From assembly GCA_048940645.1 (NCBI GenBank), contig JBHLOI010000073.1:1-15009 (forward strand): 15,009 nucleotides of DNA. The letters run 5' to 3'. Shown here in pieces: positions 8,533-15,009 of this stretch; position 1 is the stretch's first letter, and each line of letters begins with the position of its first letter. Under the pieces are notes generated by a model. The model ran no database searches. It worked only from the letters and a program-made list of their open reading frames with translations, and was not told where the DNA came from. The position numbers and the translations under genes are program-made. Source of the DNA: Promethearchaeota archaeon. GTDB taxonomy: Archaea > Asgardarchaeota > Lokiarchaeia > Sigyniarchaeales > SOKP01.

Positions 8533-9402
8533 ATGTCAGAAAGAAATTTTGTTACAGCTCGTACTAAAATATTATGTGTTATTGGGCACCCAATTGAGCA
8601 TAGCATGAGTCCCATCATGCATAATGCCGCTATCCAGGATCTTGGGCTGAATTTTTTATACATAGCTTTTGATGTTGCACCTAATAAACTTAAAGAGGCT
8701 ATAAAAGGATTAAAGGCTCTTAATATAAAAGGTATAAATGTTACTCTTCCACATAAAGAAAATGTAATCAAATTTATTGATGAGGTTGATGAACTTGCTC
8801 AAAAAATCGGAGCTATAAATACTATAAAAAATGAAGACGGTTTCTTAATAGGGAGAAATACAGATGTAGAAGGTGCTAATAAGGCTCTAATAGCTGCTGG
8901 ATGTGAAACCGCTGGAAAAAATATTGTTATTATTGGAGCAGGAGGCGCTGCGAAAGCTGTTTTGTATTCTTTAGCGTCTGAATCTAATAAAGTTACGATA
9001 ATTAATCGAACAGAGGATCGAGCTAAAAATTTAGTAAGTGAATTAAAAACCAGAATGGGTTTAAATATTGAAAGTAAAAAATATAGTGAAATTATATTGA
9101 AAGAAGAAATAGGTGAGGCTGATATATTAATAAATGCTACTCCTATAGGTATGTTTCCAACGATGAACGTATCACCTGTTTCAAAAAAGATATTGCATAG
9201 CGATTTATTTGTTTTTGATTTAATCTATAATCCTTTAGAAACCCATTTAATTAAGGATTCAAAGGAAATTGGTTGCCAAACGCTTAGTGGTTTAGATATG
9301 CTAGTTAACCAGGGAGCATTAGCATTTGAATGGTGGACAAATAGAAAACCTAATTTAGAATTAATGAAATTAAAAATAATTAAATATCTTGGGATGAAAT
9401 AA
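8533..9402 (+). CDS. aroE: Shikimate dehydrogenase
   Basis: GHPIEHSMSPIMHN, GINVTLPHK, IGAINT, GRNTD, GAGGAA, INRT, INATPIGM, DLIYNPLET and GLDMLVNQGALAF. Confidence 0.97.
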   Translation: MSERNFVTARTKILCVIGHPIEHSMSPIMHNAAIQDLGLNFLYIAFDVAPNKLKEAIKGLKALNIKGINVTLPHKENVIKFIDEVDELAQKIGAINTIKNEDGFLIGRNTDVEGANKALIAAGCETAGKNIVIIGAGGAAKAVLYSLASESNKVTIINRTEDRAKNLVSELKTRMGLNIESKKYSEIILKEEIGEADILINATPIGMFPTMNVSPVSKKILHSDLFVFDLIYNPLETHLIKDSKEIGCQTLSGLDMLVNQGALAFEWWTNRKPNLELMKLKIIKYLGMK

Positions 9403-10301
9403 TGTTAGGAAAAAATATAACAATAATCGGTGGCTCAGGAGGTATGGGTATGGTTTTTGCTAGATATTTCAAGAAGCATGATTTTAATATAATACTTTAC
9501 GCTCGTAATGAAGAAAAGCTAAAACAAGCAGCAAGTAAATTAAATGTAAATTATAACTTATCACTTAAAGAAAGTGTTAAGGATGCAGATATAGTAATGG
9601 TAACAGTACCAATTACATCCACAATAGATATAATAAAAGAAGTTGTCCCTCTATTGAAATCTGATTCATTAATTTTTGATATTACATCATTAAAACACGA
9701 TATAATTAAAGAATATGAAGAAGCTATGAAAAGATATCCTGTAAATTGCCTGTCACTCCATCCTATGTTTGGTCCAGGAATAAAAGATATGAGTAATTAT
9801 GTTATGCTTGTATTAAGAGTAAGTAGTACAGCAAATTATAATGAAATCGTAAATAATTTATTAGATTTATTCAAATCTGATGGTTTAGTTATTAATGAAA
9901 CCACATCAGAAATACATGATAAAAGAATAGCTATGATATTAGGTGTACCACATATGTTTAACATTCTCTTTTTAAGTCTTTTAAGAAAATTGAATGAACC
10001 GCTAAACGAATTAACAAAATATACAGGAACAACATTTTTGCTTCAAAAAGTTTTTGCAGAAAGCATTATTCAAAGAGAAATGGAAATGTTTGGAGATATT
10101 CAGATGCAAAACAAAGAATTTTACAAATTATTAGATGAATTTGAAGATTTATTAAAAGATTATAAAAGAATCATACAGGATAAAGACACACAGGGGTTTT
10201 TCGATATCTTTACTAAAGCTTTAAATTATTCAAGAGAGGATAATCACTTTAAGGATTCCTATAAATATTTTTATGAGTTCATGAAAATTTTAAAAAAATA
10301 A
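9402..10301 (+). CDS. tyrA: Prephenate/arogenate dehydrogenase
   Basis: IIGGSGGMG, DITSLK, SLHPMFGP and HDKRIAMILGVPH. The start overlaps the aroE stop (TAATG at 9400-9404), consistent with translational coupling. Confidence 0.92.
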   Translation: MLGKNITIIGGSGGMGMVFARYFKKHDFNIILYARNEEKLKQAASKLNVNYNLSLKESVKDADIVMVTVPITSTIDIIKEVVPLLKSDSLIFDITSLKHDIIKEYEEAMKRYPVNCLSLHPMFGPGIKDMSNYVMLVLRVSSTANYNEIVNNLLDLFKSDGLVINETTSEIHDKRIAMILGVPHMFNILFLSLLRKLNEPLNELTKYTGTTFLLQKVFAESIIQREMEMFGDIQMQNKEFYKLLDEFEDLLKDYKRIIQDKDTQGFFDIFTKALNYSREDNHFKDSYKYFYEFMKILKK

Positions 10302-10312
10302 AAAAAATATTC

Positions 10313-10675
10313 TTATGCAATACTACTTCCACATAAAGCACAATACTTTATTTCTCCTCGTTCTCCAACTTCTACTCCGCAATTAGGACAGAATTTTAAT
10401 TTTTCTTCATGGTTTTGCTTTAGAATTTGATACTCAATTTCTTCTTTTTGTTCTACCTTTTGTACTTGTTGAATTTCTGATTTAGGAGCTTGGCAAACAG
10501 TATTACAATGAATACAATGATTAGGTTTTCGATCAATATAATATAAAATATAAATAATAAGACCAATACCTGTAAATGCTAAAAGAAAAGCTAATAAATA
10601 TCTAAATTGTTCTCGTTTAGTAGTTACATTTTTTTTGCAATTAGGACAATACCCATAAGAAGCCATTTCACTCAC
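10313..10675 (-). CDS. Membrane-associated zinc-ribbon protein: LITAF-like domain plus C-terminal zinc ribbon (paralog 1)
   Basis: CPNC-X40-CIHC enclosing the hydrophobic YLLAFLLAFTGIGLIIYILYYI, then a Q/E/K-rich linker and CPNCG...CALCG. Start is GTG 10675 or ATG 10666. Confidence 0.75.
   Translation of the reverse strand: MSEMASYGYCPNCKKNVTTKREQFRYLLAFLLAFTGIGLIIYILYYIDRKPNHCIHCNTVCQAPKSEIQQVQKVEQKEEIEYQILKQNHEEKLKFCPNCGVEVGERGEIKYCALCGSSIA
10481..10651. repeat. Direct repeat copy 1 (paralogous coding core), partner at 11268-11438
   Basis: Ungapped alignment at offset 787 with about 146/171 nt identical by hand count. Includes a 36-nt exact match (10514-10549 = 11301-11336). Confidence 0.9.
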
Positions 10676-10849
10676 TGTTTTTCATTCATTTTTATTTACT
10701 TATATTAGTTAAATAATGAAAAGCAATTGTGATATAAAAAAAATTTTTAGTCCAGTTTTTAACCTAAAAAATGTAAAATTTTATTTTTAGAAAAAGTGTG
10801 GTTATTATAATTAATTTTATACATTCCTATGTAGATCAATTTTGAGGAG

Positions 10850-11101
10850 TTGAAGACGGAAAAGCTAAAATCATTTCAGGTATATAGTCAAGAAGGCCAT
10901 GTAGATATTAATTTGTTAGTCGATAAAATCTGGCTTGAAAATGATCGTATTTATTTTAGAGTTATTGAAATCTTATCAAGAACAAAAAATCATCTACATA
11001 GGGAAAAAGAAAATAATGTTTATTCCATCCATGAAAAAAATATTTTTAGTATAAGGTGTAAGCTTTACTTAACGAATCATCAAATTATTTTAACTAAATA
11101 A
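10850..11101 (+). CDS. Hypothetical protein (83 aa)
   Basis: ORF fills the gap between the two paralogs. TTG start directly after GAGGAG. It converges on paralog 2 at an A/T tract. No motif recognised. Confidence 0.6.
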   Translation: MKTEKLKSFQVYSQEGHVDINLLVDKIWLENDRIYFRVIEILSRTKNHLHREKENNVYSIHEKNIFSIRCKLYLTNHQIILTK

Positions 11102-11105
11102 TAGG

Positions 11106-11123
11106 AAAAAATAAATTTTTTTT
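11106..11123. terminator. Putative bidirectional oligo-A/oligo-T terminator between convergent genes
   Basis: AAAAAATAAATTTTTTTT lies in the 28-nt gap between the stops at 11101 (+) and 11130 (-), giving a U-tract on both strands. Confidence 0.4.
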
Positions 11124-11129
11124 AGATTA

Positions 11130-11465
11130 TTAGATTTTTGAGCCACATTTATAACAGAATTTAGCAAATTCTCTTTCTAATCGTTCACCACAATATGGAC
11201 AATAATAAATTTTTTTGGTAACAATTGATCCTTTTTGATGTTCTTCTTGTTCAATTTGATTTTCTAGTTTAGGAACTTGACAAACTGTACCGCAATGAAC
11301 ACAATGATTAGGTTTTCGATCAATATAATATAAAATGTAAATAATTAGACCAATCCCCGTAAGTGCCAAAAGAAAAGCTAACAAGTAGCTAAATTTTCCT
11401 CGATTAATTATTACATTTCTTTTGCAATTTGGACAGTAACTCATTCGAGTCATAATCTGTTTCAT
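11130..11465 (-). CDS. Membrane-associated zinc-ribbon protein: LITAF-like domain plus C-terminal zinc ribbon (paralog 2)
   Basis: CPNC-X40-CVHC around YLLAFLLALTGIGLIIYILYYI, then a linker and CPYCG...CYKCG. 46 of 57 residues are identical to paralog 1 over the core. Confidence 0.75.
   Translation of the reverse strand: MKQIMTRMSYCPNCKRNVIINRGKFSYLLAFLLALTGIGLIIYILYYIDRKPNHCVHCGTVCQVPKLENQIEQEEHQKGSIVTKKIYYCPYCGERLEREFAKFCYKCGSKI
11268..11438. repeat. Direct repeat copy 2 (paralogous coding core), partner at 10481-10651
   Basis: Same ungapped alignment as copy 1, about 85% nucleotide identity. Confidence 0.9.
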
Positions 11466-11672
11466 TATTTTCTTAATTAAGAATTGATTTAGGATTTAAG
11501 TAATGAATATGATTTTTTTAATATAATTCTAATTATTTTAAGCTAACAATTACGTTAAGGTACAGAATTTAGACTAAAATCAATAGAAGAAAGTAATGAA
11601 AAAATAATTAATAATTTAAGGAACGTTTTACAATATTTTTCTATTGAATAATTAATATCTTTTTAGGTTAAA

Positions 11673-12299
11673 TTGTCTCAAAAATCTTTCTTTTTAGTAT
11701 TAGAAGGTATTGATGGATCTGGTACAAGCACTCACAGTCACCTCCTTAAAGGATTTCTAGAAACCAAAGGGTTCAAAGTTCATTTAACATTGGAACCATC
11801 TGAAAGTGATATAGGAAAATTGGTTAGGAAATACTTAAAAGATAAAAATGTGCCCCCCACTACAGATGCTTTACTATTTGCAGCTGACAGAGATTTTCAT
11901 TATCAGAATGAAATTAAAGAGAAATTATCTGAAGGTTATATTGTTATTTCTGATAGATATATTGAATCTTCCATAGTGTATCAATCTATACAATCGGATG
12001 AAATTTCTATTGAGTGGGTAAAAACTATTAACAAATATGCAGGAAAAGCAGACTTAACTATCATATTAGATATTGATCCTAAAATCTCATTAGCAAGAAA
12101 AACTTCAGAGAACTTAGAAAAATTTGAATATGTTTCCTTTTTAGATAAGGTCAGAAATCTTTATCTTTCAAGAGCTAAGGAAGAAGATTATTTTATTATC
12201 AATACCAATGATATAATTGAATTTGTACAGCAAAAAATTCAAGATGTTGTACTAGATAAATTAAAAGAAAAAGGATTTATAATTAAAAATCATAAATGA
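11673..12299 (+). CDS. tmk: Thymidylate (dTMP) kinase
   Basis: LEGIDGSGTST P-loop, TLEPS, ALLFAADR, VISDRYIESSIVYQ and DLTIILD. TTG start. Confidence 0.93.
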   Translation: MSQKSFFLVLEGIDGSGTSTHSHLLKGFLETKGFKVHLTLEPSESDIGKLVRKYLKDKNVPPTTDALLFAADRDFHYQNEIKEKLSEGYIVISDRYIESSIVYQSIQSDEISIEWVKTINKYAGKADLTIILDIDPKISLARKTSENLEKFEYVSFLDKVRNLYLSRAKEEDYFIINTNDIIEFVQQKIQDVVLDKLKEKGFIIKNHK

Positions 12300-12366
12300 T
12301 AAATTTTAATTAATATTTGGATATTTACAGAATTAATTTACATCTTAAAATTATTATCAAATAAAA

Positions 12367-13677
12367 TTGAAGAATTTTAGCCAAAATTCATCTTTTAAGA
12401 AAAACTCTTTTGATGAAACTAGACTTTTTAATTATGTTAATAGCTTTAGTTTTCCTAGATTAGCTGGAACAAAGGGTGAAAAAAAAGCAGTCGATCTCAC
12501 ATATAAAACTTTTAAAAAAATGGGATATAATAAGGACCTAATTCATAAACAACCTTTTGAATTTTCAGACTTTTACTCAACAACATTAATTCAACTTGTC
12601 TCAATGATGAGCCTTACTTTTATATTATTCCTCTCTTTCTTTGGATATGTTTATTTCTTCATAAAATTTTTATTTATTGGAATTATGGTAATTTTAGTCC
12701 ACATAATTTATAAGAGTATAAAATATCCGGAGGATCCTGGATTTTGGGGTGAATATTTTGGCAATAAATTAGAAGCAACAAATGTTTATGTAAAACTTCC
12801 AGCAAAAATGAAAAACGAAGGGAATGCAGGAAATATAATAATTTCTGCTCACATAGATTCCAAATCTCAAACTTTTAGAACTATTTGGCGTATAATTTTT
12901 TACGAGATTTGGTTATTTAGTGGTATTATTTTTGGCATAGCTTATATTATACAAATAATATATGTAGAATGGATTAGATTTTCAATGATAATACCAATTA
13001 AAATAAAAATCTTAAATTTAGAATTTTTAATCATAGACCCTTTTATTTGGATTACAGTTGTATTTATTTCAATATCAAATATCGCATTAATGTTTTTGTA
13101 TACGGATAATAAATCGTTAGGAGCAAATGATAATGCTTCTGGTATGGCTATTGTTTTTGCATTAAGTGATTATTTTAAAAATCACCCTTTAAATAACTAT
13201 AACTTATGGTTTTGCCAATTTTCAGCTGAAGAATTAGGCACAATGGGTTCTAGATTTTTTGTTAAAAAATTTGAAGATGTATTTAATAAAGAAAAAGCAT
13301 TTCAAATTAATTTTGATATGGTATCTGCGCCCGGAAAGAAAAATAATTGTGTACAATATATCAAGTCATATGGAGTTTTACCTAGGAAAAAGCTGTGTCC
13401 TATCTTGGGAAAATATTTCGAAAAAGCTGCGTTGAAAGAAGATTTATCTATAAAATCATTTCATCTAAATACAGGAGCACATACAGATACCGTTCCCTTT
13501 CACCTAAGAGGTTATGAAGCTATAGATATTATAACTTTTAATGCAATAAAATTCGCACATAATAAAATTGACACACCTGATAAAGTTGATGTAAAAATTT
13601 TATCTGATGCTTGTAAAATTGCCAAAAAGACAATTCTAATGCTTGATGATGATTACAAAAAATTAACAGAATATTGA
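12367..13677 (+). CDS. M28-family zinc peptidase with inserted transmembrane segments
   Basis: PRLAGTKGE, SAHIDSK, GANDNASG, AEELGTMGS, INFDMV, HTD and AHNKIDT are all present. Two long hydrophobic blocks interrupt the domain. Confidence 0.88.
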   Translation: MKNFSQNSSFKKNSFDETRLFNYVNSFSFPRLAGTKGEKKAVDLTYKTFKKMGYNKDLIHKQPFEFSDFYSTTLIQLVSMMSLTFILFLSFFGYVYFFIKFLFIGIMVILVHIIYKSIKYPEDPGFWGEYFGNKLEATNVYVKLPAKMKNEGNAGNIIISAHIDSKSQTFRTIWRIIFYEIWLFSGIIFGIAYIIQIIYVEWIRFSMIIPIKIKILNLEFLIIDPFIWITVVFISISNIALMFLYTDNKSLGANDNASGMAIVFALSDYFKNHPLNNYNLWFCQFSAEELGTMGSRFFVKKFEDVFNKEKAFQINFDMVSAPGKKNNCVQYIKSYGVLPRKKLCPILGKYFEKAALKEDLSIKSFHLNTGAHTDTVPFHLRGYEAIDIITFNAIKFAHNKIDTPDKVDVKILSDACKIAKKTILMLDDDYKKLTEY

Positions 13678-13703
13678 AGAAAGAATTATTTTAGACATAT
13701 AAA

Positions 13704-14237
13704 CTAAGTTAAATTTTCTATTTCTTTTTGAATATTTTCAATTCTCTTTTTTGATTTTAAAAGTATTTTTGTCTTCCCATATTTCAAGAACCACTTCCTA
13801 AATCTTTGCTCAATTGTAACCTCGCGAGTTCCAGCCATGTGTTTGTCAGCTAAACATATAATTTTTTCTTCTATAGAGTTGGGTAAAAAATATCTTTCAG
13901 GAAGACCAACCTCCTTAGCATCCTCCTTATCTAAACCCCCTAGAATATGAGTTTCGCAAATTCTGGCCAGTTCTTCAGGAAAACCACGTTCTCTCAAGAT
14001 TTTACCCCCTATTAATGCATGTTTAAATCCATGGGTTTTTGATCGGCCAATATCATGTAATAATGCACCTATTTCAATTAGAGCCAAATCTACTTTTATT
14101 TTCGTAATCTTTTCAGCGATTGCTAATGCCTTTTCAGCAACTTTAAGAGAATGACGGCGCACATGGTATGGAACTTTCAATTTCTTTAATAAATCAAACG
14201 CAAATTCCCAAGAGGGTAATGTCTGATTATCAACCAT
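13704..14237 (-). CDS. HD-domain (HDIG) metal-dependent phosphohydrolase, archaeal TIGR00295-like
   Basis: RHSLKV, ALLHDIGRSKTH, HALIGGKILR, ICETHILGG and EEKIICLADK. Confidence 0.9.
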   Translation of the reverse strand: MVDNQTLPSWEFAFDLLKKLKVPYHVRRHSLKVAEKALAIAEKITKIKVDLALIEIGALLHDIGRSKTHGFKHALIGGKILRERGFPEELARICETHILGGLDKEDAKEVGLPERYFLPNSIEEKIICLADKHMAGTREVTIEQRFRKWFLKYGKTKILLKSKKRIENIQKEIENLT

Positions 14238-14382
14238 TATTTTTTATAAATTAAAAATAAGCTTTAAGGTTTAGTCAAATGCTGTATTAATAATTTTATT
14301 AATAAATATAAATAAAAAATAGCTTGTAAAATAAAATAAATAAGCTTTATAAATAATAAAAATGGGAATATTATTCTTAATT

Positions 14383-14871
14383 TTAATAAATCTCCTCATA
14401 GGGGCCACTTATTAAGCCTCCAAGCAGACCACCTAAGAGAGCTCCAATAATAGCAGTAAGAATTCCTCCTATAGTTGAAACTAATTGAGGACCTTGAAAT
14501 AAAGCCATTAAATCTTCTCCACCTACTACACTAAGCAACATCCAAACTAATAGATCGACTACAATTACTAAAGCACTAGCAATCATGCCTCTTCTTAATC
14601 CTTTTGAAATAGAACCACTTAAAAATCCAATAAAAATCATCGCTAAAAGTTGTGAGGCAAAAAAATCTCCAAAAGAGGGGGTTCCAGTGAAGAATGAAAT
14701 AATATCAAATTTAAAATTTGCTCCAATTAAAAGTGTAATTAATTTTAAAAAATCTGAGCCTGCTGTAGCTTGAATGACTAGAAAAATATCTTGCATATTA
14801 AAGAAAAACACAGTGAAGAAGCTAAATATTATTCCAACGCTGATTCCAATTACCAATCGGTATGATACCAT
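14383..14871 (-). CDS. Hypothetical integral membrane protein with a Gly-rich C-terminal helix
   Basis: 162 aa with 4-5 hydrophobic segments, GFLSGSISKG, and a terminal GILTAIIGALLGGLLGGLISG. Confidence 0.8.
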   Translation of the reverse strand: MVSYRLVIGISVGIIFSFFTVFFFNMQDIFLVIQATAGSDFLKLITLLIGANFKFDIISFFTGTPSFGDFFASQLLAMIFIGFLSGSISKGLRRGMIASALVIVVDLLVWMLLSVVGGEDLMALFQGPQLVSTIGGILTAIIGALLGGLLGGLISGPYEEIY

Positions 14872-15009
14872 AACCTAAACCCAAATAAACATAATTTCTT
14901 TTGCATTTAAGAATATCAAAATTTATTATAACTAAAAATTAATATCACGTTTTAACTCTTTAGTTCTAAAGCAAGTAGTTGACTTCTTTTAATAAAATAT
15001 TAAAATTAT

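Noticed and set aside
8282-8771. ORFs 8282-8467 (+) and 8472-8771 (-)
   Set aside because: Antisense shadows of the flavin reductase and aroE genes.
10676-10849. Imperfect inverted repeats (CTAAAAA...TTTTTAG) as a MITE or structured RNA
   Set aside because: The arms are almost only A/T runs in a divergent promoter region. There is no target-site duplication or second copy, so this is expected by chance at this composition.
10514-11336. 36-nt exact repeat as a CRISPR repeat or att site
   Set aside because: There are only two copies, 787 nt apart, in frame inside paralogous coding sequence. No spacers, cas genes or integrase are present.
10481-11438. Diversity-generating retroelement TR/VR pair suggested by the 171-nt imperfect repeat
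   Set aside because: Mismatches involve several different bases in each copy rather than adenines only, many are synonymous, both copies lie in intact ORFs, and no reverse transcriptase is in the window.
11673-14237. tmk plus HD hydrolase as a nucleotide-depleting anti-phage system
   Set aside because: The genes are on opposite strands, separated by a peptidase, and both look like ordinary housekeeping families. There is no defence-island context.
14585-14773. 62-aa ORF on the + strand
   Set aside because: Antisense within the membrane protein gene.

Overview
AT-rich, gene-dense prokaryotic window with no rRNA, tRNA, CRISPR array, transposase or integrase that I can see. Low GC, oligo-T tracts after genes, TATA-like boxes, many small CxxC zinc-ribbon proteins and a mix of archaeal-type and bacterial-type enzymes suggest an archaeon, plausibly Asgard (Lokiarchaeia). 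That placement is inference. Most of the window is housekeeping metabolism: a FAH-family hydrolase (partial, missing from the ORF track), a ThiW-type ECF S-component, a small degenerate P-loop protein, an HSDL2-like SDR, an MFS transporter, a zinc-LID adenylate kinase, a GH57 glycoside hydrolase, dTMP kinase, a membrane-embedded M28 peptidase, an HD-domain protein and a membrane protein. A loose aromatic amino-acid cluster (aroD type I, bacterial-type aroK, aroE-tyrA) has a flavin reductase inside it. The most unusual part is 10313-11465: two paralogous small genes with a LITAF-like architecture (CxxC, hydrophobic segment, CxxC) plus a C-terminal zinc ribbon, flanking an orphan 83-aa gene. There is also a 57-aa zinc-ribbon gene at 7020-7193 that the ORF track missed. 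I found no clear-cut new defence or mobile system. The findings are leads, not established systems.
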